Part shown: one piece after another, positions 24,185 to 37,918 of the stretch
Position numbering within the stretch: position 1 is the stretch's first letter
How the letters are laid out: each line of letters opens with the position of its first letter
DNA from: Lama guanicoe
Lineage: Eukaryota
NCBI GenBank assembly: GCA_013239625.1
Contig: MU055922.1
Span: 8,026,080 to 8,090,079 of the forward strand
Reading direction: 5' to 3'
Length of the DNA stretch: 64,000 nucleotides
The notes under the pieces: generated by a model
What the model was told of the DNA's origin: nothing
Databases searched by the model: none
What the model saw: the letters and a program-made list of their open reading frames with translations, nothing else
Position numbers and translations under genes: made by a program

Positions 24185-25678
24185 TCGGACGTTCAATTTT
24201 AGATCACTGAGCACATTAGAGAAAACTTCTCCAAGTGCGACCACTTGAAGGACAACTCCTTCAAGTATGTGTGCCCTCACTAGGCAAATAGGAGATGATC
24301 CAGCAAGTATTCAAGAATAATTATCATTTTCCTTCCTAATTCTCCTCTAATCAAAACAGCTCCACCTCTCTAATTTATCCATCCACTTATAAGTTAAAAG
24401 GTATTATATAAAGTATATCATATTACATTATAAACTTTTATTATCAACTTCCCAACGTCCAACTTACAGTTTCTAGACCTAGCACTTCCATCTAGACATG
24501 CTCCTGTCTTTCCCTTTTCAGAGAAAAATTCCCCAAACTCAGTTCATTCATTCAACAATTCATTGAGCACCCATTCTATGCCATGGAATGTAATGGCGCA
24601 CGGGAGTCACCAATTAACGAAACAGTCAGAAACCCCTGCTCATGCACAGTTTATATTTCAGAAGGACCAACCCAGAACAACATGCCCTCTACATCCCCGA
24701 CACTTTACACCCCAATAGTATATCCTCAGTCCACAGCCTCGGAAAATCCCTAAGTTTTTTCACACATGTCCCTGTTAACCCAGGGGTTGTCAAACTTTGT
24801 CAACACCGGACACCTATCAAGTACCACCTCCAGAGGGTTTACTTCAGAAGATCTCAAATACACCCTCACAGCTCTGTTTAAAAAACAAATGCACAAAGTT
24901 CCGCAGGAGATTCCGAAGCACACCAAAGGTTAAGAACCTTCACGTTAAGCCACATATTCTCCATGCCAACCATACATGCCCTGGACCCACCATTTATCCT
25001 CATTATATTTTGTCTTATGGATTCCATTTATAATTTAGCCTTTCATCCAACATGCCCACTTTCCTTTCCAGCTTCTTGTCATTTGCAAACATAATAAGTA
25101 AGTTTTCTGAGTACAATCACTCAGGTCATTGATACAGACGCTTGCCCTGAGAACCCTCCTTACACATAGATCAGTAATCTTTTTGGTAAAGACACGGAAA
25201 ACAGCCTCTTACTCCCAGAAATCTAAGCATTGTTCTTCTTCCCCATGTGCTCTGGTTCTCTTGGCCAAGTTTTCCAGCAAAGAAGTTACAATGTTACATA
25301 GCTGCATTCTTTAACATCAACTGCAGTGCACCTTGCTTGAGCACAGTGGCTGTGTGTGCCCCTTGTGTACAAGGAAATGAAATATGTTCCATCACCAGAG
25401 ACAGTGCATATTTTATTTAATAAATCAACTGACATTTATTGACTATGTACTAAGTGCCAGGTGCTTTCCACTCATAGTAATGACATAAGGCATTTATCAG
25501 ATTCTCCATGTACTAGTTTGGAAAAATAATCATGGTTATCATTTTTAGGTCACTAGTTACACGCCAGGCTCACAGAGATTCAATAATCTGTCCAAGTTAA
25601 CTCAGATAGTAAAATGTAGCCACTGACTTATTCTTTAAACAATCATTGAGTGCCTACTTGGAGTTGAGGACTCAGCAG

Positions 25679-26129
25679 TGTTATGAGTTAAATTGTGCCC
25701 TTTCCACCAAAAAGATANNNNNNNNNNNNNNNNNNNNNNNNNNNNNNNNNNNNNNNNNNNNNNNNNNNNNNNNNNNNNNNNNNNNNNNNNNNNNNNNNNN
25801 NNNNNNNNNNNNNNNNNNNNNNNNNNNNNNNNNNNNNNNNNNNNNNNNNNNNNNNNNNNCTGAGACAAACACATACAAAGGGAAGGCAAGATGAAGACAC
25901 ACAGGGGATTGCAATGCTTCAGCTATGAGGCAAAGGATGCTGAGGACTGCCGACGAACACCAGACGCCAGAAGAGACAAGGAAGGATTCTCCCCAGAACC
26001 GTCAGAGAGAGTGTGGCCCTGCTGACACCTTGATTTCAGACTTCTAGCCTCCACCACCAGGAGACAATCCCTGTTTGAAGCCACCCAGTTTCTGGTACTT
26101 GGTTACAGCAGCCCTAGGAAACGAATAAA
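25679..26129 (+). mobile_element. MaLR MLT1B/C-like solo LTR, spans N gap 25718-25859
   Basis: TGTTATGAGTTAAATTGTG...CCCTGCTGACACCTTGATTTCAGACTTCTAGCCTCC...TACAGCAGCCCTAGGAAAC. Confidence 0.8.
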
Positions 26130-26139
26130 AGCAATGAAA

Positions 26140-26960
26140 AGAATAAAGACTCTCTAACGTGGAGCTCACGTTCTCCTGGAGGAGTCAGACACTAAGCAAG
26201 TGGTGATAGAATTAGGAAGTCCAATAGGGAAAGGTAAAGGAATTAGAAAATGATGAGCAAAAGATATTTGTGATTTTAGAAAGAAGGTCAGGAAAGATCT
26301 GTGTTAGTGAGAAGATAATATTTGAGCAAAAACCTAAATGAATAAGGCAGCAGTCCGTGTACCACCTGAGGAACCTCATTCCAGGCAGAGGGAACAGCAG
26401 ATTCAAAGGCCCTGTTCCACTTATGCAGGAACAGAAGGAGGCCAGTGCATCTGGACAGAGTAAGTGAGGAGGTTGAATGGCTGGAGGTGAGGCCAGTGAG
26501 GTGAGTGGGCTGGTGGACGGCTTTGAAATTCACAGTAGTGACTTGGCTTTTGCACTGAATGAGATGAGATGCTTCTTGGGGATTTGTAAAGAAGAATGGC
26601 TTGATCTGACTCGTGTTATAAAAGGATCCCTCTGGCTGCTGAAGAGAGCACGGACTGTAGCAGGTCAGGAGCGGAGGTCACCAAGGAGGCCACTACAGGA
26701 GTTTGCATGTGAGATGACGGGAAGGTGGACAACTGTGGCAGATGGAAGTCATGAGAAAGGATGGACTGGGGAGATTTCAAAGATAAAGCTGCCAGAATCC
26801 ACTGATGAATTCGATGTGGGATATAATGCCTTGTTGGTTTGGGTCTTGAGCAATTTGCACGAAAGGGTGACCACTTACAGAGATGGTAGGTCTGAGGGAG
26901 CACAGGGCTTGCAGTAGAGGCCAGGGAGAGGAATGGGTCCAAGAGTTTGCTTTTGGACAG
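26140..26960 (-). mobile_element. L2 LINE relic
   Basis: ATTCCAGGCAGAGGGAACAGC...AAAGGCCCTG...AAAGGATCCCTCTGGCTGCTG pattern. Confidence 0.65.
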
Positions 26961-29900
26961 GTTAAGTGGTAGAGCCAAGATGTGAACCCAGCTGTACCTA
27001 CTGAAGATCACACATTTCCACTTCACACCACTATGGGCTGAGCGGCACCGTCACCAGCCTCTTCTTACGGAACTATTACTTCTGCGAATGATAATAGCAA
27101 TTGCAAATACAATTCAGCGTGACCTGGAAATTTCCTACGATCTGAAATCCAGCAGCGCTCGTGGATTGGAACTTGGACTGACAACTAGAGAGAGGAAACG
27201 GTCCCAGATTGCTGCCTCTGGGAGACAAGCGCTGAGCACGTCTCCCTGGCAGAGCAGACCTCTTGGGACAAAGGGGCCGGGCAGTCAGAACACAGACACC
27301 AGCAGGGCCATGCCCTGGGCCTCTAGAGGCTCCAGCAGGCTCTAAGAGGATGCTCAGGAGAAAGTGTGCACAGTGACAGAGAGGACTCCCTCCCCGCCCT
27401 GTTGCCCTTTTCTGCACAAAGCATGAGCCTGCAAGTGACAGGGAGGAATGATTACAGCCTCCCATGGTGCTATGTCCATCCCAGGAAAGTAGTGCTGAAG
27501 TGGGAGTGGGGATATTGGGACTGGAGAAGTGAGGATAGTCTTGAAGTCCCCGGCCCTCAGCCTCTCCAAAGTGACCCACATCTGTACAACCCACGGTCCC
27601 GGAAGTGCCTCCCGCCACCTCTCCTTGCCCCAGACCTGCCACTGTAGCTGCCAGGACCCACGGCACAGACCCACGGCTTTGCAGGCTCAGGGGCCGGAGT
27701 GTGCAGCCCTCTCAAGAGCCACCAATCCGCGTGGGTGGGTGGAGGAAGCAGTAACCACCCCTGAAGCGCCCTTTCCCCCCAGCAGCCCCAGCACCCTCAG
27801 GAGTGGAGAAAATCCGGGAACAGGCCTCTTGGCTATGAAGAGGGAGAAGGTAGGGAGGAAAAATAGAATCACACCATGTCAAGGTGACAGAGACCGAGAC
27901 CAGGGAGGAGATGTGACTTCCCCAAACTCAATGCCAGTGAGAGGCTGGGCCAGCCTGGAACTCAGGACTCCCTGTCCCCTTTCTCACAATTCCCTAAAAA
28001 CAACAACTTAAGTCAGAAGGGGGCTCTTCAAAGAGCTGCTCTTCTCCTTGACAAACTTCAGGGTGGGAATCAGATGCCAAGACACGGATATAAGAGGAAA
28101 GCCCCCGTGATGGGACGCCCCACACGGAGGCCACATTATTGGAATAACCCAGCTTAGCAGGACCAAAACCTCTGTCTCTGCCGAGAAGGAATGTGGGGGA
28201 TCATAAACAGTTTCTTCTGTGGAACAAAGCCTTTCAGTAGCTGCGGCAGCCAGCCAAGTCCCCTCTGAGTCATAGCAGCCACCGCAACCAGGACCCAGGC
28301 TCTCCTGCCCCGACCCCAACTTCCCCGTTAGGCTGCAGCTTCACACCTGCTGGACACTAGCAGCCCCAGTGGGACCTTTCTCGGGGCCATTTAAGGCTAG
28401 AGAGATTTAAAACTAGACTTACAAGGCTTGGCAGGTAGGAGTCATTTTTGAATGAGTGTATTAGAAAAGGTAAGTCCCACTTTAAAGAGATCTAACTTAC
28501 AAAACTGGGTATATAGAGAAAGCTAGTTAAGAGCTCAAGGCACATCAGGCAAGTTTATTCTACTTCATAACCAGATTCACCACAGGGCTGGGGAGGGTAC
28601 GGCCGTCATGGGTCTACGCTGGCACATCCAACAGCACCCAGGTCCACACTCCAACCCGTGGCCACGGGCATCAGGGAGAGCCTTCTGCGTTCACAGCGAC
28701 CACCTGTGAGTCATGCGTTGGCAGAGTGGAAGACGGCGCAGCCAGGGTTTCAAATCTACGGGATGTGGGCTTGGGGAAATGGATGCGGGACAGGGCCTAT
28801 GCTACTGGTTTGAAGGTGGGTTCACGGAAGCAGTGCCTCTGGACTACAGGAGCTATGATTTCCCAGGTCTCCTCTACTGCTTTTCATTTGGCAATAAAAG
28901 TATTCAAAAGGTACCATTTGTAGAGAATGTGCTCAGAAGAGATCATATCAGCCCACCCTCCTGCTGCCCTCTAGCTTTGCTTCTCAAAATCAAACCTAAG
29001 TTCAAACACCATTCACTAGTTCACCCTGAGTTTCCTAAACTGTGTAGGCTTCAGTCCCCTCATCTGTAAAATGGGAATAATAATGCTTACAATGCTATTG
29101 TAAAGACCAAAGATGACGTTTACAAAGCCTCCATGGCACCTGCAATGCAGTGGGTCCCCAAATGCTGGAGACCGTTATCATTCTGCAGCTCCTGGGTGTC
29201 TGTGTGGGGTGGCTGTGGGAGAGAGAGGAGTTCTGAATGCTGGCAGGAGCTCGTTTTGCACTGTGAAGGAGGCTGCGAAGGAAAGTTTCAGGGGCTGGGC
29301 CATTTCAAATGAAGCGCTGTGTTTGGAAAGCAATAAAAAGCGAGAAGCGTAATAAGAGTTGCCGAAACTTCTAGTTCTTAGCATCATCTGAGGGGGAAAG
29401 TCTGAGAAAAGTGAACAAGTGAATGTACTAGGCGTACGCTCTGCTGTGCCTGGGAGTGCGTGAGATTATAACAAAGCAAGTAGTCCTTTGTTGTAGACTC
29501 ACCACGGAAAGGAATGAATCATAGACGTTATTAAAAGAATCATAATCATAGGAAAAAAACAAGAGACGGACTTGAAACTCATTTAATCCAGCCTTTCATT
29601 GTACAGATGCAGAAATGAAGTCTAAAAGGAGAGAGAACCACCTCTCAGTTAGGGGCCGGCCTCTCTCGTCACGTGATGGGAAGTGGCTGTGAGGGTCTGA
29701 TGGAGGAGACGCTGGCCTGGCTGGCGCTCACTTCTCTGGAAGTTGACCTGCTTCTAAAGCCCTGCCTTACTGGAAGGCGCTTCAGAGCACTTTGAGTGTG
29801 TTCATAGGGTGAGGATTTTCAACCGGCCCTTTCCCTTTTGTGGTGTTAGTTCCACTAAGTGACTTGTTAAATGCAAAATGCCTGAACTGTGCCATTTCCT

Positions 29901-31919
29901 CCCCACATGTGTTTGTACATTCGTATATCCCAGTGTGTTTTTCCATCTCCTGGAATGCAAAACATCTGGAGAAAAGAGGGATTCTTTTTTTTCCCCTTAC
30001 ATAATTAACAGTCTAGCCAGGTTTGGGGTGTTTCCTGACCTCAGAAATTATTGTGTCTTTTCTTTTTTTTTTTTTTGGTTGTTAAGACATATGACACAAA
30101 TTTATTTGCAATCCAATAAAATAGCCCATCCTGCTTTTAGGATATAATTGACAGTAAAAACACTTCTGGAATGTTCATCTTGTAGTTAGGATAACATACT
30201 TGAAAGGTTAACTAGCAATTCAAGGCCACGTGTGATTAATGCTCTAGGAACTCATGGGCAAAGATGGCTGCTATTAAATATGGTCCTGAAGGCCTCAGCG
30301 GAGCAACTAAGGTCAGAGCTGATCCTGGAAGGATAAGCGGTATTACTGCTGTGAACCCCTGAGGGTTCACAGGAAGGGACCAGGACTTACCTTTGGGAGC
30401 ATCTAAGGGGACCATATCTCTAGGGCTCAGTGATATTCTGCAATTAACACCCATTGAGCTGAATTAACTGATAGCTAGAGATAACAGTGGAGGATTTTCC
30501 AGGCAGGGGAAACAATGTGAACAAACCCACAAGGTAGAGATAAGCCTTCTGTGTTAGGGAACCCCAAGAACAGTCCAGCTGCAGGAAGGCTTCCTGTTGG
30601 CAAGTTCTGACAATAACAATGGTCCACGTTGGACAAGCCCACCCATGGAGGCCTAGATAAAAGGAGTCTACGTCAAAGACACAGGATTCAAAGACAAGGA
30701 GGAGTCACAGATTTTTTTTTTAACTTAGGGAGAAAATAGTATGAAAATGAACCAGAAATAATGGACAGAAAAGTAAAAGTCGGTGGCATTTTAGTTTTGC
30801 ATTCACCAAGTTGGACATCCTGTGTTCAAATCCCAGCTCCATCATTTCCTGACTGGGCAATCTTGAGCTTTATTTCTCCGTGCCTCAGTTTTCTTATATG
30901 TGACTTAGAAATCATAACGGGACCTGCCACACAGGATTATGATGAGAATGAAATGAGAAAATTCACGAGAAGTGTTTAGTTAGTATAATGCCTGGCAGAC
31001 GCTAGGCTCTCAATTATTTCACAGCTAAAGAGAAAGTCACTGGAAGTGAGGAAGGACTTGCCATTTGCCAATTCACTCACATGTTTCACTAGTCCACCAT
31101 TCCAGCAGGCTACACAGTCCACATTGCATAACTGGTAAATTAAATTATACTTTATCCTCCATAACTGCCCAACTATATAACTCCTTCACACTCCAGATGT
31201 GCAATCTGTTAGGCAGCCAAAAGAGTAAATTCAGTTCTTGTACTGTCTCACCCTTATTCTCACCACCCCAACCAGCTACTGCCAGGACTGAAATGAAAGG
31301 AATTACAGAACTTTTCCAAGAAGTCTCAAAATTCAAAGACCCCTTCTTTGCTGGCTCCAAGGATTAGCCTCTACCTGGTGGCATCAGGTTCTAGATCACT
31401 GCCTCCCAAGTGAGTTGGCAGGAGCACAGTTCAATATGAGCTCAAGCATTGTCTGAAAACTAAACATTACCTAGGATCTAGCATGTACGACTACCATGAT
31501 TTCAAATTCTTTTCTGGTTAATACATTATAAACTTATTCTCAAATGTTACTGATTTATAGCAGTGTTTGTCATTATATATTTTCTCAGTCCATAGATGCT
31601 AAGTGTACTGCTACTCCCATGTGAAAGTCTTTTTAATATCTTTTGACATTTTAAAGCAAACTCCCTAAGTGTGTTTGTCAGAGGAAAAAACACAGGAATG
31701 ACAAGAAAAAAGCTATAAATCATCTGTCTTGGGTGATATGGAGTCATAAATGTCTTAAAAATAATCCAGTGATTGAAGCTATTAAAATAAGCAGAAAGGT
31801 GTCAGAAGTGGCCTTTCTGCTTGACTCCAAGATCTTGGCAGAAGTTGTCAATGGCAAGAAAAATCTGAAATAAAAGAAGTTTCCCTCCCTTCTCCTACCC
31901 CTCAAAATATGTCAGTACA

Positions 31920-32582
31920 AAAAATAGAGCTGCCAAATGACCCAGCAATCCCACTCCTGGGCATATATCCAAAGAAAACTCCAGTTCAAAAAGATACATG
32001 CNNNNNNNNNNNNNNNNNNNNNNNNNNNNNNNNNNNNNNNNNNNNNNNNNNNNNNNNNNNNNNNNNNNNNNNNNNNNNNNNNNNNNNNNNNNNNNNNNNN
32101 NNNNNNNNNNNNNNNNNNNNNNNNNNNNNNNNNNNNNNNNNNNNNNNNNNNNNNNNNNNNNNNNNNNNNNNNNNNNNNNNNNNNNNNNNNGTGAAGTAAG
32201 TCAGACAAAGACAAATACCATATGATATCACTTATATGTGGAATCTAAAATGTGACACAAATAGACTTAATTACAAAACAGAAACAGATTCACAGACATA
32301 GAATCAAATTAATGGCTACCAAAGCAGAAGAGGGTGGGGGAGGGATAAATTAGGAGTTTGAGATTAGCAGATAAAAATTACTACATATAAAATAGATAAA
32401 CAACAAGGTCCTACTGTATGGCACAGGGAACTATATTCAATATCTTATAAAAAACCATAACGGATAAGAGTATGAAAAAAGAATATGTATCTATGTGTGT
32501 ATCTGAATCACTATGCTGTACACCAGAAACTAACACAATATTGTAAATCAACTATACTTCAATTTTAAAAAAAGAAAGAAAG
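31920..32582 (+). mobile_element. 5'-truncated L1 with A-tail and 11-bp TSD; spans N gap 32002-32190
   Basis: KIELPNDPAIPLLGIYP relic, L1 3'UTR and A-rich tail; ATGTCAGTACA at 31909-31919 and 32583-32593. Confidence 0.88.
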
Positions 32583-32714
32583 ATGTCAGTACACAAAGAG
32601 ACAGGCTCTCTCCATACACAAATCCCAGAGTTATTATGCAAAGAGGAGTCAGCCAAGCCAAGTATCAGAATGCAAACGTGAGACACATTCACAGTGCCTC
32701 CCCGCGGCTCTTAC

Positions 32715-32804
32715 CTGTCCTGCCGTTCAGAAGAATCGGCTTGCCCTCGAGGTCTCCCCTCATGGGGACAACGGTGATGTTATACTCGGTCCCCGGCTGC
32801 AGAC
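32715..32804 (-). CDS. TNN: TNN exon 6: FN3 domain 2, second part (contains RGD)
   Basis: 90 nt; GLQPGTEYNITVVPMRGDLEGKPILLNGRT; ttccag| and G|GTAAG. Confidence 0.95.
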
Positions 32805-33720
32805 CTGGAAACGAGCACCCAGTGCTGGGTGTGAGTACAGGTTCCAGACTCCCGACCCTCAGCCCTGCTCTTCCGGGATTTCTCCTGTGAGGAGGAGGGG
32901 CTGGGCTGCGCTTCTTAAGACTATCATTCATCGGAGGCAGACAAGGAGCCGCAGGACCAGTGGAGGGCAGGGCACCACTGAGGGGCTTATCAGTCATGGG
33001 GAGAGGACCAGAGCAGATGAGATGGCGTTGACAGAGCTCCCGTTCCTTCCTCAGGCTGCCAAGCATTATTTCCCAGTTTCATTTACAGCCCAAATATTTT
33101 TCTGTTCCCAAGAATCCTTTACCCTCAAGTCTCTTTCCTTCCCATTGTAATAATTAGCCTGATTTTTTCCCTTTCTTTTCTTTTTTCTTTGCTTTACTTT
33201 GCCTTTTTTCTTCTTCTCTTTCTTTCTTTTTTGCTTATTTCTCTGTAGCAGCAACTTGAATGACTGTTCCTCATGGCACAAATATTCAGACCATGATGAC
33301 AAATTGCAGGCAAAGAGCAGCATGTATGAGGCACACAATCTGCCACCCCAAACACTGAGCACCCCAGGGTGTCCTCTCAAGACCAAATTCAAGGGGTGGA
33401 CGGCAGGACAAGGCCCCAGAGGAGGACTTAGCACAGAGCTAAAAAGCCGCAGGCCCCTCACCTGCACCTGCCCTTCCTAAGGCCATGTGCTGAATTCGTG
33501 ACTGTGTATTACTTTTCCTAAAGAAGGCCCTGAAAACTGTATAAGCTGCAGGTGTCACAAAACACTACCTAGCCCTGAGTGGCCCTGTTTTCTTAGCAGC
33601 CGTCTGATTTCCAGCTCTCCCAGCATGAGCTCAGTCACCTGGGACCAGGAGCTCCCCACTGCACGCCTCCTAGCTCAACTCCCTCCACACACGTACCGAA
33701 CAAACCAACCCAGTCAACCA

Positions 33721-33849
33721 NNNNNNNNNNNNNNNNNNNNNNNNNNNNNNNNNNNNNNNNNNNNNNNNNNNNNNNNNNNNNNNNNNNNNNNNNNNNNNNN
33801 NNNNNNNNNNNNNNNNNNNNNNNNNNNNNNNNNNNNNNNNNNNNNNNNN
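33721..33849. other. Assembly gap (N run); other gaps at 14824-14989, 25718-25859, 32002-32190, 55921-56053
   Basis: Runs of n. Confidence 0.99.
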
Positions 33850-34149
33850 CTGTGTGTCATCAAATCCACCCTGAGACACAGACAGGGGCTTCCAGAGGGT
33901 TAGCTGACTTGGGAGAACCTTTTGGATGTGTAATCTGTTACCCGTGAGTGCCGAGATTCCGGAGTCAGCTCTGGGATGCTGGAGCGGAGTCCTCGGGCCC
34001 CCACCGTGGGCTCACCTCTGGGAATTCCCAGGGTCAGGGTTCAGTGATTCCTGAGGCCCCAGGACCTCCTGTGCACACTTGAGCGGTGCAGATGCTGGCC
34101 CCTCTGCACACACTGTCCGCAGCTCAGCATCCCCAGCTTTGGCCCTTAC

Positions 34150-34335
34150 CCGTGATGTCGTATCGGCTCTTGGGGTCACTGCTCCTGGGCACGGTGACCT
34201 CGGCCACCTCTTGCCCTGTCAGGGGGCCATACCGCAGCTTGTAGTAGTCCACCTCGGTCGGGGGGTTCTCCCACTCCACGTCGAGGGAGTTCTCGGTCTC
34301 ATCCGTCACCCAGGCAGTGCCAAGCACAGCAAGAT
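34150..34335 (-). CDS. TNN: TNN exon 5: FN3 domain 2, first part
   Basis: 186 nt; DLAVLGTAWVTDETENSLDVEWENPP...KSRYDIT; cctag| and G|GTAAG. Confidence 0.95.
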
Positions 34336-35760
34336 CTAGGGCAGGGAGCAGGGCGGGCAGGAGAAAGCAGGTCTGCGACAGGCCGCTGACTATCAGGTCA
34401 GCTCCCTCTCTTGACACAGAGAGCAGGCTTCAGCCCCAGGACACAGTCCTTAAAGGGTGTCCTCGAACTGCCAAAGCTGCAAATAACTGCTGGCTTTCAC
34501 ACTGTCGGTGGAGCACAGGCTGTCTTCCGGGGAAGCCTCTTCCCCCCCACCCATCAGATGTCACTCAGCCCTCCCTGTCCACACCACCGTGGGCCGAGCC
34601 CTGAACCTCACCTCTTAGGCCAGCTGTCCGACCCACTCGGCCAGGGGTCACGCCGCTCCGAACCAAACACTCAGAGCAGCCCCAACCCCAGGATGAGAAG
34701 CTCCAGGCCCTTGCATGCAGAGTCTGGGAAGTGCACTTCCACTTTTCTGGGGTATAACACCTGGTAATGCAACCAGCTCCTTCCCCAGCCTCCCAAATTA
34801 CAGCTCCCTCCCCTTCTCTCAAATTCTCCTCTAAGGGGTGAACCTAGGGAAGCCAGAAAGTAGGGGGACTTTAACTTGGTCCTTGTGACTATTCCTCCTG
34901 CACCTTCCACCAAATACGAGCATCTCCACCAACTACCTGGTGTCCTCAGCGGCCCGACCTGTCCATCCTGGGAAGGAATGGAGTTACTGTGCACATTTAT
35001 TCATGGTAAGGCATTAACGGCTAAATGTTCATCCCTCCACTCCAGAAAAACAATGAAAATACAATGATTAAGACAAAGGACAGGATCGCTGATGTGGCTG
35101 ATGTGGAAGAACTTTTGGGTGGTGTTGGAGAGGCAACCCAGGTCTCGGGGAGCACTTTGAATTCCAGTAGCCATATTCCAGGCTGATGTCGCCTGGCCTC
35201 AAGTTTGGAACAGGAAAGACAAGCCCCCAGACTCTCAGCCTCATTCCCTTCCTCATCTTCAGGGCCTTGGTTCTGAAGGTGACCCCACCCAGGCTCACTG
35301 ACCCCTTGTCAAGGACGTAGGGCAGAGGATTTGTGCATCAGGCGAGGACTGAACTCAGTACTCTCAAGGTCCCTTGGCTCTGAATGTTCCTGATTCCCTC
35401 TGTTAGTGATAAAAAGCCTCCCAGAGCCTTTTCTCCGAAGCATTTCCTCCCGTGCGCTGGCTTCCACTTGCCAGCCTCCAGGTTCCTCCCTCAAAGATGA
35501 GAATTCCTTGAGGGAACAGGTCAAGAGTTGAGTAATGAAAATGACTCGAGGATTACAGAAGGGGTCCTATATGGCTTGCAAGTGAAGAAGCAGGAACTTA
35601 ATGAAAATGTTCAAGATTATTATGGGGCTAAGTGTCTCTCGGGCTGAGGCTCCCCTGAGGAGCAAAGCAGAAGGAGTTTCACTTGAATCAGATTAGACAG
35701 AAAGACGGCGTCACAGTTGCAGGATTCTACAAGTCCCTCGAGCAAGAAGCCAAGAGGGGT

Positions 35761-36416
35761 TGTTAAGACTTTCCGAACAGATGTCGCTGCTCCTCCTTGG
35801 GAGGCTGTGGGCACTGTCCTGTCTGAAGGCAGAGGAAGCCACAGACAGAAATGGGGAAAGAGAAAAGCAGCCCGGCAGCTGGGAGCCAGGCTGGCCCCTA
35901 CAGGTCGGCCTCGGTGTTCTGTTACACAGAAGCAGCGTCACAGAACATCAGCAGACAAGGCGTTCCGTGGCCATGATAGATTAAGGCAAAACAAGACCAA
36001 TCCATGATCCTGTCTGAACACAGACGTGATCCAAAACATGAACCAAACATCGTCCACGTCACAAAAACGACTAAACATCCTCCCTCCTGATATGAGTGAC
36101 TGGTCCTTCTTTGCCCATGATAGCCTTACCTCCCTCTAGTCAGCCCTCTTTCTAGGTAAGACTCACTGAGATACCAATCCTAGTTCCTGAACCCCCAGTT
36201 CCTGAGCATGTAACCCATAGCAAACCCCTGCTTCCTTAAGCTTCCCTCAAGTCACCTACCACAAGCCCAAATTCTGTACCAGTCCTTTATAACACCATCT
36301 TACTGAGACACCCACGGTCCCCCACGGCAGGTGTGCGTCCACGCTGCTCCGGTCAATAAACCTCACTCATTCAACTACAGGGTATTCTGAGGGGTCTTTG
36401 GCTGGAGGCATTGGCA
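35761..36416 (+). mobile_element. ERV1-type solo LTR (MER39-like)
   Basis: TG...CA ends; AATAAA at ~36355; 3' end CAACTACAGG...GGTCTTTGGCTGGAGGCATTGGCA resembles MER39 from recall. Confidence 0.6.
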
Positions 36417-36626
36417 AAGGCAATCACAAATTGTCCTCCCAGGATGTCCCAGGAAGTCCCTTGTGGCTCTTTCCAACACTGAGCCATCCCTACCTCACTC
36501 TATCCTTACCACCAACAGGACAGGCAGCCTGATGTTTCTGTAAAGACACTGCAAGCCAACAGCCCTTCCACCTGGATCACCCTGGATTTTCCCCAGGAGC
36601 TTTGGGCAGGATGGAGGCAGCTCATT

Positions 36627-36870
36627 GTTGCTGGGTTTTTTGTTTTTTTGTTTTGGTAGAAGGGGCAGGTAATTAGGTTTACTTATTTATTTGTTAGAGG
36701 AGGTACTGGGGATTGGACCCAGGACCTCATGCATGCTAAGCATGTGCTCAACCACTTGAGCTATACCCTCCCCCTGGTTTGTTTGTTTTTAGACTTACTG
36801 GGGATTGAACCCAGGACCTCCTGAACACTAAGCACACACTCTACCACTTGAGCTATACCCTCCCCTACAA
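36627..36870 (-). mobile_element. Two tandem/nested tRNA-derived (Vic-1-like) SINEs inside one 12-bp target-site duplication
   Basis: Heads end at ~36774 and ~36865 on the plus strand (ctataccctcccc); AGGCAGCTCATT flanks both sides (36615-36626, 36871-36882). Confidence 0.82.
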
Positions 36871-37089
36871 AGGCAGCTCATTTTTATCAGCTTTTGGAAC
36901 AGTGCCTGGCATATAGTAAATGCTCAACAAAATAAGTTACATGAAGGAATGAATCAGCATCACTCAAAAAATTATCCTTCTCCAAACTCTTGAAGATCTA
37001 GGTTGCCTCAGTACTTTCATGAGGAAACAAGAATTTCTAAAGAGTAAGCAATGCTACTTGTCCTTCCAAACATTTTGGTAGCATTCAGT

Positions 37090-37516
37090 GGTGCTGTGGA
37101 GACTCTGTCCCTCCAGGTCCATCCTCCTTCCTGCTCTGTATCCCAGATTATGACCTTTATGAAATGCCTTAGCCAGGTTCCCAGGCCCTCTAGTTTCTGG
37201 CTGTGTCCAGCCAGTGAGAGTCACCATAAGATCAGAGGGCAGGAAAGAGGCTCCTTCACTCCCTCCTGGTGGGGACACAGCGGACTGCCTGCATCCCTCA
37301 CCAAAGGCACCTCATCAGGCAGCCCTCTCCTAACGGTCTTTCTGGGTCCCCTCCTGTGCCCCTTCAGGCTGGGGTGAATCCCCCGTGGTGCTAGTCCTAG
37401 GGTATTTCATCATCCAGGTCTTATCTATACCTTTGTAAATAACCTCTCCATTCAACTTTCCCCAAGCACCCTGTTTGCTCCCTCCCTTTCCTGCTGAAAT
37501 GAATCTAATTGATACA
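37090..37516 (+). mobile_element. ERVL LTR relic (LTR33-like)
   Basis: CCTTTGTAAATAACC.CTCCATT.AAC...TTCCTGCTG...TGATACA end pattern (from recall). Confidence 0.5.
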
Positions 37517-37918
37517 GGTGGCTTCTTCAGACCCCCACCCATGCCAGCTTGGACTTGCTGAATGGCTTCAGAGGCTCAGTGAGGGCCTGGAGATGCAGGT
37601 GTACTCCTTGACTGCTTGTGTGTGGGTGCCGGGTCAATCAGACTTTACTAATCTCAGGGACAGACAAGAACCCAGGAGCCTCACCCAGTCCAGCAGCCTC
37701 TGTCACTGGCTTGGAGGACTCAATAATCAGGGAGCAGAGAATGGGGAATGAGAACTAAAACTTGTACACAGAAACTAGGATTGCAGCAGCTGTGTTTTTC
37801 AACCCCAAATCAAGGCAACAGCCTGAGTAGTAGACGAGTATTTGTGGGGACAGTGGAAAATAAGCGTTTAAGACAGGGCCTCTCCTGGGAAACCTGGGGA
37901 ACCTGGCTGCTTCCTCAC

